The position numbers were made by a program, and so were the translations under genes. The notes beneath the pieces are model-generated. The model was not told the DNA's origin. It was given only the letters and a program-made list of their open reading frames with translations, and made no database searches. A stretch of 64,000 bases of DNA. It comes from the human T2T-CHM13v2.0 reference genome, Homo sapiens. This document shows positions 44,420 through 61,061 of this stretch, piece by piece (positions within the stretch are counted from its first letter, which is position 1; the number at the start of each line of letters is the position of its first letter). The stretch lies in assembly GCF_009914755.1 (NCBI RefSeq), contig NC_060929.1. One strand, written 5' to 3'.

Positions 44420-44560
44420 TATATATTACCTATCTATATTCTCTATATAAATATATATTTATATATAAAGAAAATATACATAAATATATATTTATATATA
44501 AAGGAAATATATATATTTATATATAAAGAAAATATATGTAAATATATATAGGACATATAT
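44420..44560. repeat. AT-rich minisatellite (about 30-bp unit)
   Basis: Repeated taaatatatatttatatataaag(a/g)aaatat. Confidence 0.85.
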
Positions 44561-46774
44561 TCAAATATCCTTTGTTATTTGTTAGACACACATACAAACA
44601 TACAAACTTTGTTACCGTGTTGTGTGTAAATCATAACAATTTAATCATTTAATAGACCCTGCACTGGTAAGCTAAGGGAAAACTTTTAAATGATATATTT
44701 TCTCTGACATCCAGAAATCCAGAAACTCTAATTGAGTCTCCTTCCTATTCATAGCAGTGCAGTTATTTGCATACATTCATGAAAAATTTGTCTTCCTTCT
44801 TTTCAGGATACAATTGGAAAGTTGGTTACACAACCCAAGACTTGCCAGAATGTCATATTCAAAAATGATGCTCTTTTTTTCAGGTTTGACCAGGCCACTT
44901 CTAAGGTAATTTATGGAGCCCTTTCTTACAAAGCCATCCCAGGAACAGTAGCCTGGTATCTCGCTTACAGGATCCAGACTTACAGGTGGTAACACAAGTC
45001 ACTTCCCAGAGAGTCCAGGAAATGGCATATTTTGGGGGCCTTGAAAAGAGAAGAACTTGCCAAAATTTATACTATTTGCAGGTGAAATCTAGTGGAGATA
45101 ATTTCTTGGGCTTGTTCTTCCTAGCTTCAGGACAGCAATAGAGTAATAAAAAAGTCCCATCTGAGACTCCTTATGAAAACATCCAGGGAGGCAACTTAAG
45201 AAGGCCTGTATAGAAAGTTACAGTCTTTCTGCTCTTATCTAAATAATCAGGTCAAAACTACTAAGACTGGTAGCCTTATTTTGTGACCAAATAAAAACAT
45301 CGTTCTATGAGGGTTTTTTGTTTGTTTGTTTGTTTGTTTTCTTTTGTTTTTATTATAAGGGGAGAGACTACTGGAAAAAATCTGAGCTGCAGTGAAAACT
45401 ATATACTGCCGGAAGCAAATCTTTCTGATTATCGAATTCCATTTTTATGAGAGCTATCATAGAGTTTTGTAAGTTATAAATAACTGCTAGTAGTGCAGAA
45501 TAATTCTTCAGGAAGGAAAAGAAGCCTTGAGTGCCATGTCAGCTATTCCCACCTAGAGAAGCAGGAACAAAGGTTTTCCTCCCACTAATTCAGAACACAG
45601 GTCCTAGCCTACCCTGACTTCTAATTTTTCTCTTCTGGGAGTATGTGACCTTCGGTGTTCCTACTTTCCCAAGTCCAGTCTGGTTGGATAGGGCCTGGGC
45701 TCTGCTCAGAGGCTGACACTGCTTTGTTTCAGGGGAACTTGCTGACATTTCCCTGTTCTCCTCCGACAGTTCTGTGGTAACAGATGCCTGATGCTTTGTC
45801 TGGATTTACATTTTCAAAGAGTCTGTCCCTTCTGGAGCAGGAACTGAGATGTCTTTCTCAACAGGGTCTCTGTTCTGGGAAGATGGCTTGCCTTCACTCT
45901 GGTGAGGGAGGTTCCCAACCCTGCACCTCCTTCTGGAGGCTCTCCTGATTTGAAGTCTTCTTTTTCTGCTTTTTTGGTCTAAATTAGGGTGCTGGCTCTT
46001 TCCTAGAAATGGAAATTCAGGAGATCCCTTCTCCTTTCCCTTCAGTGTGCCCCCTCTGCCCTCCAGATCTCCAGTTCAGTCACCCTATGCCAGATTTGGT
46101 CTTTGACACTGGGTGTGAAGTTGGAAATGTTGTTTGCTTTCTTTTCAGTGTGATGTGCCTCTGTATGCCCATGGCCAGGATCACAGTGAGAACATCTCAA
46201 GGCTGTCTGGCCTTCCCCACCCCCATGTGTGGTTTAGCAAGAGCACTATCCAGGGTGGGTAGCACCATCTTTTTCAATCACCTGTTCTCTGTGACCTTAA
46301 TGGTTTGTTCCAAGGAACTGGGAAACCTTGGCTATGGAGTCTACTCCTGAACCAAGGGTGTCTGAGAAGGGAAAGGTGACCTGGGAAAATGGCTATGACT
46401 CAATGTCTCTCATCTGATACAATTATATGAATTTAAAAACTTTGATAAGTCTTTCTATTTATTCTACCTACAGTCATACATTAACTGGGTCTAGCTTTAC
46501 TCCTGGGAGTTTTTGGCTTTTACTTCACTTCACAATTTTCAAGGTCTTCAAAGACTGGAGTCTTTCAAGAATTTTTTACTTATTTCTAAATCTTCACATT
46601 CTTAGGAATTTTTCTGTCCTCCACTCCAGCTTCTCCATATAATCTGGTCTTGCCTTGGATCAGCCCAGATGTAGAACTCAGTCCCAACTTGAATTTTATC
46701 CAACATAATCCACCTTCCCAAAAAACATGAATGAGAAAAATATCCTGTATTAAATATACCATAAGAGTGACAAA

Positions 46775-46830
46775 GCGGGAGGGAGGTGCTAGCACACCCC
46801 GTGCAGGAGGGAGGTGCTAGCACACCCCGT
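46775..46830. repeat. 28-bp tandem duplication
   Basis: gc(g/a)ggagggaggtgctagcacaccccgt twice, one mismatch. Confidence 0.95.
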
Positions 46831-46831
46831 G

Positions 46832-48650
46832 GATACATAGACAAATGGAGCAGAATAGAAAACCCAGAAATAAGCCACTGCATTTACAGCCAACTGATTT
46901 GCAACAAACATGCTAAGAACACACAATGGAGAAAGGACAGACTCTTCATTAAATAAAACTGGATATCCACATGCAGAAAAATAAAATTTAACCCTTATCT
47001 CTCACCATATAAAAAAAACTAACTAAAAATAGATTAAAGACTTAAATGTAAGATCCAAAACTGTGAAACTGCTAGAAGAAAACTTAGGGGATAAGCTTTA
47101 TAATGTTGGTCTGGGCAATGATTTTCTGGATATTACCGCAAAAGCACAGGCAACAAAAGCAAAAATAGACAGATGAGATTATATCAAGTTAAAAAGCTTT
47201 GCACAGCAAAGAAAACAATCAGCAGAGTGAAGAGACAACCTATAGAATGAGAACAAATGTTTGAAACTCTACATATCATAAAAGGTTAATATCCAAAATA
47301 TCTAAGAAACTCAAACACTTCAATAGCACAAAAATAGATAACCAAATTTTAAAAATGGACAGAAGACCTAAATAGATATTTCTCAAAAGAAGATATATGA
47401 ATAGCCAACACGTATGTAAAACAATACTCAACATCACTAATCATTGGTGAAATGGAAATCAAAACCACAATTAAATATTACCTTACCTCCTGTTATAATG
47501 GCTGTCATCAAAAAGACAAAAACTAGCAAAAGTTGACAAGAATGTGAAAAAAGGGAACTCTAAAACACTGCTGGTGGAAATGAAAATAAGTATAGTCATT
47601 ATGGAAAACAATATGGAGTTCCTCAAAAAAGTAAAAATAAAACTACGTTATGATCCAGCAACCCCACTACTGGGTATCTATCCAAAGGAAACAAAATCAT
47701 TATGTTGAAAAGAAATCTGCATTCTCATGTTTATCACAGCCCTATTCACAATAGTCAAGATATGAAATCAACCTAAGTATCTATTGGTGGATGAAAGGAT
47801 AAAGAAAATGTGGTGTATATACACAATGGAATACTGTTTAGCCATGAAAAGAACAGAATCCTGTCATTTGCAACAAGATGGATGAACGTGAATGACAATA
47901 TGTTAAGTGAAATATGCCAGATACAAAAAGACAATTACTGTATAATCTCATGTCAATGTGAAATCTAAAAAAGTTGGTAACATAGTAGCAGAGAGTACAT
48001 TGGTGGTTTGCCAGAGGCTGAAGTGGTTTGGAAGGAGGAGGGATTGAAGGTATGTTTGTCAAAGGATGTATATTTATAGTTAAATAGGAGAAATGAGATA
48101 CGTTGTACAGCATTGTGACTACAGTGAACGACAATATATTATTTTCTTAAAAAGTGCTAAGAGAATGCATGTTAAGTGTTCTCACCACAAAAAAAAATGA
48201 TTCTACATAACGTAGTAATGTTTATTAGTTAGCTAGATTTAACAATTCTACAGTGCATATACACCTTAAAACATCATGTTGTGACTGCGCTCGGTGGCTC
48301 ATGCCTGTAATCCCAGCACTTTGGGAGGCCGAGGAGGGCAGATCACCCGAGGTCGGGAGTTCGAGACCAGCCTGACCAACATGGAGAAACCCTGTCTCTA
48401 TTAAAAAAAAAAAAATACAAAATTAGTTGGATGTGTTCGCACATGCCTGTAATCCCAGCTACTCAGGAGGCTGAGGCAGGAGAATCATTTGAACCCAGGA
48501 GGTGGAGGTTGCAGTGAGCAGAGCCAAGATTGTGCCATTGCACTCCAGCCTGGGCAACAAGAGTGAAACTCCATCTCAAAAAAAAAAAAAAAAAAAAATC
48601 ATGTTGCAGACAACAAATACATACAATTTTATATCTCGATTTAAAATAAG
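46832..48650 (+). mobile_element. L1MA (MA4A/MA5-like), 5'-truncated
   Basis: Decayed ORF2 3' part from atagacaaatggagcagaatag to the 3' UTR attagttagctagatttaac..aaaacatcatgttg. Confidence 0.9.
48282..48595 (+). mobile_element. AluSp-like inserted in the L1MA 3' UTR
   Basis: ggtcgggagttcg, cctgaccaacatggagaaacc and gggcaacaagagtgaaact diagnostics; TSD ending atcatgttg. Confidence 0.95.
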
Positions 48651-48869
48651 CAAACTTTAAAAGAGATTATAATTGTGATTATTAAGTGTGTATATGTGTG
48701 CATGTATGTGGGTGCACACGTGTGGTTTGTGTACTTCTAGAAGGGAAATCATGCATTTTCTTCTCCCTTACTTTTCATGCTTATGTAAGAAGCATTTGAC
48801 AATGAACGATAAGTATTTTGCAAAAATAAGCCTGGATTCTATGCAATCATGGCCTATGTGAGCATTTGA

Positions 48870-49180
48870 GGACCCTGAGGAAAGGATGCAAGTACAACTG
48901 GTTTATTTGGGAGGTGACCACAGAGGCACTGGTAGAGGGGCAGTAGTTCCCACTGGGATAAAGCTGGGAGCTACTGTGGCACATGTGACTCAGGGCCATC
49001 CAACAGGAGAGATCACTTCCTGGGGGCTGCTCCCACAAGATGTTAACTCTCTGGCCCTTCAAGGGACCTAGGGAGAGAAGGTTCTGGCAGCCAGAGGGAA
49101 TCCTCAGGGAGTGAAAAGCCAGTTGTGCATGACGGTCATAATGCCTGAGTGAGTCTGGGCAGGAAGCTTCAAATCAGCTT
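48870..49180 (-). mobile_element. ERVL LTR33-like fragment
   Basis: gaccctgagg..ggtttatttgggaggtgacc; gggctgctcc..gatgttaactc; cagccagagggaatcctcagg. Confidence 0.6.
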
Positions 49181-49410
49181 CAAGTACTCTGACATGTACT
49201 CAGAGTGCTGTGCGTTCCATCATTACTTCCTATGGTTTTCGCTTGTGTTTCAGAGGTTTCGATTGTGTTTTCTCTCTCTACTTCCCTCATCCAGCCACTC
49301 CTGAGTGTTGAGGATACTCAGGACTTCCAGACAGAAATCTTCTGGAAAAGGAGGAATCCTCTGAGGCCAGCCTGGGGGACAGATGAACCTCAAGTTCCCC
49401 TGTGTAGCAT

Positions 49411-49870
49411 TCATTTGTGTTTGCCTACATGGAGGTATCTGGCTTCTAGAAAACCCCTCAGTTTTTATTAGGGGATGCCCCTCCCCCATGCAAACAGTCT
49501 CAGTTTATGTGAATCAGGATGGACACATGCGGATTTAAATCAGGACAGTTTAAACAACAACAGGATAAGTCCTAGGGTCTTTGTTAAGAATACCAGAAAA
49601 GGTACCCACCTTTTTTGTTCTGGAGCTAAAGTTGGAAAGATTTTCCCCCTGGTACCTCTGTCTGCCATTGTGTGACAATAGGAAGAGGTCCTCTCTGGGA
49701 AGGGGTCAGCTCAGTACAGTGAAGAGAGCTCAGTTCAAGAGATAAGTAAGGTCCTGAACCATCATTTGGGAGTGGGAACATTTCTCCAGCCTGGCCTAGG
49801 ACCCAGACCTACACCTCTATTATCAGGACATCCAGAAAGAAATTAGTTGGAGTAAAACTTCTGGATTTTA
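49411..49870 (+). mobile_element. MaLR LTR, MLT1K/J-like
   Basis: tgtgtagcattc..ctgccattgtgtgac..gtcctgaaccatcatttg..ccagacctac. Confidence 0.5.
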
Positions 49871-49979
49871 AATTCAGAAGTTTCCAAAATGCAACATTTA
49901 CTGACAGGTTATTATAATATAGGAAGTAATAGTAATAACCTATTGAAGGCATTTTCAGCAATAGGGAAATCTTTGAAAA

Positions 49980-50150
49980 CCAGAAACTGGGTTTACCATT
50001 GGTGAATTTCTTAAATTTTATTGCCTCAGTTTTCTCAATATTAAACTGAAATAAAACCCTGTATGTACCATACAGAAGGACTGTGAGGGTTAAGGAACTA
50101 ATAAACATTTTGCAAAGATCTTGGCACATGGTATTATTATCTCAGTAAGG
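49980..50150 (+). mobile_element. MIR SINE
   Basis: tgcctcagttttctc..gactgtgagggttaagg..ttggcacatggta. Confidence 0.65.
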
Positions 50151-50296
50151 CCTGCAGCTATGTCTGGTATTCATTTGTGGAACCACTAAAATTCTAGTGC
50201 CAACTATACTTTATTCATAGTAAGTTGTTAACAAATAAACGCTGGTTGAATGAATAGATTGAAGGAAGTAGGCATAATATTCCAAATATTTAACAA

Positions 50297-53200
50297 CAAG
50301 ATGGCTGACTAGACACAGGTAGCATATGCCTTGTACATGGAGAGAAACCAGAGTAGTAAGTAGATACTCATATTTTGAACAGAATGTCTAGGAGATAATA
50401 TTAGGATTCCCCAGAGAAGAGATGGGAAGCACAAGAAGTAAGTAAGGAGAGAGTTTGAGGCAGCTTGCCCACACAGGAGCTGACTGAGATCTGAGAGAGG
50501 CTCTTGGACATGGGGAAACAGAGAGAAACCCCGAGGCCTGAGACATGGGCTTTTACCATCTTGGCTATGGGAGAAACCCTTGACTTACTAGGCCCCTGAA
50601 CCTTACATATAGAGTTGCCTAAAGATTGCACAGAGACATTGCTCCAAAAAGGGAACCCACATAGAATCCCTCAAGCATTCAAGCCTGGTATGTAGCCTCA
50701 GTTGGGAGCCATTTTGAAAGCCTGGATATAGGGATCTTCAGACACAGCTGTGGCCACTGTGATGCTCCAAAAAGAAATCAGGCACTGCCACACACCTCTG
50801 GGAGGGTTCCTGCCACCCTGCTGCAAGCTTCTATTGAGACTGAGATGTGAGAGCCTACACCTCTTACAGCTTCTTGCCCATGTTGTTTGCTTGGAATGTG
50901 CCATTTACTATCTGGTCCCAGGCCCAAGGTTCCATTTTAAGAGTTTAACACTAGACTGTGCTTCACCTTTGGTCTGAGTTCAGGCTGATTCGGCTGTAAC
51001 TGCTCCAGCCAAGGAGAGATAGGGAAATCAGCCTATTTTATGCATATCTAGGACAATACCCACTGCCCTGTAATGGGATACTGTAAGATTGAGATGTGAG
51101 TGAACTGCACTCCCACAGCTTTTTGATAATCCTGCTTGCCTGGCAGGGGCCCCATTGTCCCAGGTAACAAACCCATGGTTGGAACCATTTTGAATTTAAT
51201 GCTGGACTCCGTGCCACCCTCAGGCCAAGTTTGAGGTGATGCAGCTGGACCCACCATCCAGCTTGGGGAGGAACAGGGAAGACCAAATTCTCTTATGCAC
51301 TCTTAGGACAATACTCACCACCCTGTGATAGGCAGTATAAGACGGAGAGCTAACCTAACCCATCACAGCCTCCAGCAACACCAACACAAAACACCTGGGT
51401 CCCAGTAGTTGCTCCAATACCACTACTGCCATCACCCACACCACTCCAGCTGTCCAAGGGCCTAAGAACCCACCTACATGCTTTGTTCACTATTCCATCT
51501 ACTCTAAGCAAGCCATCAGGAGACCCAAAAATCAGCCCTCCAGGACCTGTTAACACTGAAGTCAGTGTAAGGTGCTCTGGGGCCTAAAAACACTCACATT
51601 TACCCCATTGCTGCTACCACTGGATCGCAAAGACTGGTTCAGTTTGCATCCCAAGTTCTCAGTTATGCTTCATCAAAGCCACAAATAATAACTGTACCCT
51701 AAGTCATTGATGATATCACAGCGATTACTCACTCTGTGTATTACTGAGGAAGTCATATGAAAATCACACTATGCAGGCACTCAAAATCAAAGCCAAATAT
51801 CTTAATCAACAACATACATATATCCTTAGGAAAAAAAATCTCCCCTACAGAAGCAATTTCAAACAACTGGAACATGCAACTGCTATGCCAGATGCACAGA
51901 TATCAATGGAAGGACACAGGAAACATGAAAAATATGATGCCACCAAAGGACCACAACTGTCCAGCAAGAGATTCCAACCCAAAAGTACTCCTTGAAATAC
52001 CAGATAAATAATTCAAAATACTGATTTTTAAAGAAGCTCAATGAGATGCAAGAGAAATCTGAAAATCAACACAAAGAAATGAGAAAATCAATTAAGTATA
52101 TGGTAATGAGATATTTACCAAAGAGATGAATATCTTTAGCAAATGAAGCAAAAGTTCTGGAAATAAAAAGTTTATTGAGGGAAACACAAAATACATTTGA
52201 AAGCTTCCATAGTAGTCTAGACCAAGCAGAAGAAAAAATCTCAGAACTTAAAGACAGATCTTCTGAAATAATGTAGTCACACAAAAATAAGAAAATAATT
52301 AAAAAGAATAAACAAAGTATTTGAGCCATCTGGGACTAATAAAGTGACCAAACTTACAAATTATTGGTATTCCTGAGGGGAAAAAGAGATCAAAAATTTT
52401 AGAAAACACATGTAAGAAAATAATTGATGAAAACTTCCCAAGTCTATCAAGAAAGTTAGACACCAATAGAAAAAGCCCCAGTGAGCCCCAGGAAAATACA
52501 CTGCAAAAAGGACTTCACCACAGCATATTATATTTAGAATGTCTAAAGTCAAAGTGAAATAATTTTAAAAATACCAAGAGAGAAACACGTAGTCACCTAT
52601 AAACATGTGGTCATCCATCAGATTAACAGCAGACTTTTCAGCAGAAACTTTACAGGCCAGAGGAGAATGGGATGGCATATTCATAGTGTTGAAAGGAAGA
52701 AGCAAACAAACAAACAAAAACTGCCAGCCAATAATTATGTATCCTTTCAGAACAAGGTTGATAAATGAAAGAGAAATAAAGTATCTCCTGGACAAACAAA
52801 TGCAGAGAGAATTTGTCACCACTAGGCCAGGCCTATAGGAAATGTTCAAAGGGGTCTTTACCATGGAAACACAGTTCAATATTCACTATCACAAAACACA
52901 TTGAAATACAAAATGCACAGTTCATATAAAAGAATCACACAAAGAAAGAAGACAAAGAAATCAAATGGCAACATGTTAGAATTTCATCAAAGCACAAAGA
53001 CAAAAAGACAGAGAAAAAGAAAAAAACAAATAATGTATAAAACATGAAAACAATCAACAATGTAACAGGAACAAAGTCTCACATATCAATATTAACTGTG
53101 AATGTACATGGACTAAATGCTCCACTTAAGAGATACAGTTAGGCAGAATGTATTTCAAAAAGCCATGATCCAACTATGTGCTGCCTACAAGAAAAATCAC

Positions 53201-53819
53201 CTGACCCACAGAAACATATAGATTGAAAGTAAAGAAGTAGAAAAATGTATTCCATGCAAATGAAAACCAAAAGCAAGAAGGAGTAGATATACTTGTACCA
53301 GATAAAATAGACTTTAAACAAGAACAGTAAAGAAAAAGACAAAGAATGTCATTGGATAATGATAAAGGGATCAATTCATTAAGAGTATATATTTTATATA
53401 TATATAAAATATATATATGAAATACTATATATATACTATATATAAAATATATATATATGAAATACTACTAAGACATAAAAAAGAATGAGATCATGCCCTT
53501 TGCAACAACATAGATGGAACTGGTGGCCATTATCCTAAGTGAAACCACTCAGAAACAGAAATCAAATACCACATGGTCTCACTTATAAGTGGGAGCCAAA
53601 CAATGGGTACACATGGACATACAGAATGTAATAATGGGCACTTGGAGACCATAAAACATGGGAGAGTAAGAAGTGGGTGAATGTAGAAGGACTATCTGTT
53701 GGGTACAAGGTTCATTATTTGAGTGATGAGTACACTAAAAGCCCAGACTTCACCACTATGCAATATATGCATGTAAGAAACCTGTACTTGTACTCCCAAG
53801 TGTGTAAAAATTTTTTAAA
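50297..53819 (+). mobile_element. L1PB-like element: 5' UTR, ORF1 and ORF2 start joined to the 3' end (large internal deletion)
   Basis: caagatggctgactaga start; ORF1 peptide IRLTADFSAETLQARGEW; ORF2 start near 53080; L1PB 3' UTR at 53460-53819; candidate TSD ttaacaac. Confidence 0.85.
53386..53466. repeat. (TA)-rich repeat with a 30-bp perfect palindrome
   Basis: tatatattttatata|tatataaaatatata at 53386-53415; tatataaaatatatatat(at)gaaatacta occurs twice. Confidence 0.9.
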
Positions 53820-54094
53820 TTAACAACTGGTATGGTACCTGCACCAGCAACAGACACTGTACCGTCAGAAGCAACCAGTATAGTACTGCTTGTGTACATA
53901 TCTACTGAATATGAACTAGAATAAATGAGAAAGCAAATATTAAAATGCCAATTATATGTAAATTATTCCTTATATACAATATATACAGTGTATAACTCAG
54001 TTCTCTAAAATTGAACTATCTTTAATTTTACTTTCAGAGGAGCATACATGGGGTGATGCTGCCCACTGGTTATTGTTTTATGAAAAATAAATTT

Positions 54095-54392
<298 letters not shown>

Positions 54393-54708
54393 GTTACCAG
54401 AATACATTTCCTTGATTACATGACTCTTTATAGAGACTTTTACTTCTGAGAAAAGAATCATGACTTGACATCCCCCTAAATGTCTATATTACAAGAAGTC
54501 CCTTGCCTGGGCTCTATAGTTCTGTGGCTAAGAGGATGCTTTGAGACTGTATGCTAGGTATATGCATGACACCTCACAGAAGTAATCTGTTTGAAGAGTC
54601 CCTCAACATGAGCTGTGTGATTTTACTATTCTTTATGAATAGTAAGGACTGGCTCTGTGTCCCACAGAAAGGGCAAAGTAGAGCTAGAATACAAACCCAT
54701 CTTTTCTT

Positions 54709-58482
<3,774 letters not shown>

Positions 58483-59924
58483 CAAACCCATCTTTTCTTA
58501 CCACTAGTTCTCTAAAACATGTAAGCATATGTCTGCTGTAGGACAGACTATACCAGTAAAACAACAACAACAAAAAACCTGTGTTTTCATCTGTTAATAA
58601 ATTCAAGAACTCAAGGATACACTCATAAAACTGCATACTATTTTTTGTCATCTCATTATACCCAGGTTATTTTCCTGTATTCACATCTTCCCAAAATATC
58701 TGTCTTCTCTTTACCTTAGATCCTCTTGATAAGTTCTCAGGAAATAGAAATTGATTTCCTTAAACATTCATTATTTTATTTAACAAATATTTGTTTAGTG
58801 CCTGAAAGCACAAGCCACTGGGCCAAGATTGATTAAAGAAAAACACAATGAGGATCACAGTTCTCCTGCAACAAGAACATCAATAATAAATTGTAATATT
58901 CAACTTTCCTATTTGCCAAAGTGAGCAGACAATCTTACATCAGTCAACTGGTGACTCAAATTGTCTATTCCCAGAATAAACACTTTGTTTCATCCATGAT
59001 AGGCCCTTGATGGAGCAGAACAGAATCGTATTTGACATTCACTGGATTTGGCAACTGCCATCACTGCTTAATCAGTTACTCATAAGCATTCTTCATCTGT
59101 CATTATTGTTTCTAAATTACAAACAAGTCAAGGATCAACAATTATCAAGTACTTTGGGATTTAATCAAAATAAACCCAATGGGGTACATCATTAATATCC
59201 CAATTCCACAATCTTCCCTTCCATTGTACTCCCGATAATAATTGTTCCAACCTAGCAGATAAGTACCTCTGAGTTATTTTTTCTTTCTTATTTATCAACA
59301 ACCACAAGACCACATTTCCTTACAGATGAACCACACATCTTCAGTTTGTGATTGTATTCCCTTAGTGCACAAAGGAACTGAGCAAGAATTAGGAAATATA
59401 AGGTAAACATTCTGGCTAAAAGAATAATTACTATATTGATTTTCTGCTTAATGCCACAAAATGCCTTTGTTTCTAAAACTCCACCTCTCTTCCGTCAAAT
59501 ATGAACAAGAAAATGACCTTTGCATTATTTCAAACTAAATCATACATCATAATATGTCAATTGCTTTATAAAAGGTCAAAAAATATTTTCCAATATAGAG
59601 ATTGCTAGTCCAGAAGGCAACATACATATATTTTTAATTATACTGTTTAAATATAAATATACACACATACAAGGTAATCTTTCATTCTGAAACATCCCTT
59701 GCCATGACTTTGAGAAAACTGGAAAACACTTAAATTCCTCAAAGACATTGCACAAGTCTTTCATTTTTTGCATACTTTCTAGAGCACATATTGTCAGCAA
59801 GGACTACGAGAAAGTTGTACCAAAATTGCTGGCTACATACATATGATGAAAGGAAAATTAAATAATCCATTATCTGTAGAATATAAGCTACTTAGTAGTT
59901 ACAGTTCTTAACAAACTTGTACTT

Positions 59925-60050
59925 TAATATTAATGTACATAGCATAATATAATTATAGTAAATAAATTATATCTAGAATATAATACAATAATACATATGT
60001 ACTATAAATATGTATAATATACTACATAAGGTATAGTATAATATAAATTC
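59925..60050. repeat. AT-rich low-complexity tract
   Basis: cataatatataattatagtaaataaattatatc...tatagtataatataaat. Confidence 0.7.
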
Positions 60051-60641
60051 CAAAGTTTTTACCACTGATAAAATACCAACAAGTTGCCTAAATAAATTTG
60101 TTTATGTATACGTACACTTTCTTCATGAACAGTTTAAAAAACTGCTGAAGGTGTAGAACCAACCTAGTTAATTCTCAGACAAATCTACACAATGTCTATT
60201 TTTGAAACTACAGATTATAGAAAGAAGAGCAAAGGCATTATTACATCATGACCTTCTATGGAAATGAAAACATATCTTCAAGTTTTCATGTCAAAACCTC
60301 TTGTTATCTAAATTATCTTTCTCGGTATATAACTTCTTGGAGATAAAAAAAAAAGTAAGTTGTTTGGATTAAATATCAGGGTTTCTGAGGGAGATACAGG
60401 TATGTCAAAATATAGCAGAACTAATAAGATGTAATTCCAGTCACCAGGAATCGATATGCTGAAATGTATTTTAAATCACTGAATTACTCAAATCTACTGT
60501 ATAGTTAAGATATGAGCACAGCAAGCCACAGAAACCAGCTCTGGCAGCTCCATGCAAAAGGGTGGTGCTGGACATTTCTCTAAGTGATCTTGAATGGACC
60601 CAGTTTTCTCCTTTTTCACATTTGTAGATGTCAAGAGTAAC

Positions 60642-61039
60642 TATGGAATGTGCTGGGAATGCAATATCCTAAAATAGAGAAGAACTGGCCAGAACAATTT
60701 AGGCTCTGTTCCAGTCCCTACTAGAAAAAGGGTCTGCTTTTGCATGTTAGCCCAGGATGGCATGTTGCCCTCTGTTATAAAACCTGGGCTGGGATGGTTT
60801 CTGGGGTTCCTCAGCTCTGGTGCAAGTGAGACATACACTGAGGAAATACCATCCACCATGGCAGCCTCCCTTGGCCTTGGAAGACTGGCTGGCTCTGAAT
60901 CCTAGGCCTCTGTTGTTCCTTGCTGCCAATCTGTTTGTAATAAGTCCAATCAGCTTCATTAACTTGTTATGTGTGGGTGTGTTCTGTCTCACTAGACTTA
61001 GAGAAGTTAGTACCTAGTGCACAGTGACCTTGCTTCACA
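60642..61039 (+). mobile_element. 5' LTR of a class III (ERVL) provirus, MER70/LTR52-like
   Basis: tgtgctgggaatgcaatatcct..., TATAAAA at 60776-60782, end tgcttcaca followed closely by a PBS; exact family uncertain. Confidence 0.75.
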
Positions 61040-61043
61040 AAGA

Positions 61044-61061
61044 TGGTGCAGTGAGCAGTGT
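61044..61061 (+). other. Primer-binding site complementary to tRNA-Ser(UGA)
   Basis: tggtgcagtgagcagtgt versus recalled TGGCGCAGCGAGCAGGGT; two of the three mismatches are CpG transitions. Confidence 0.65.
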
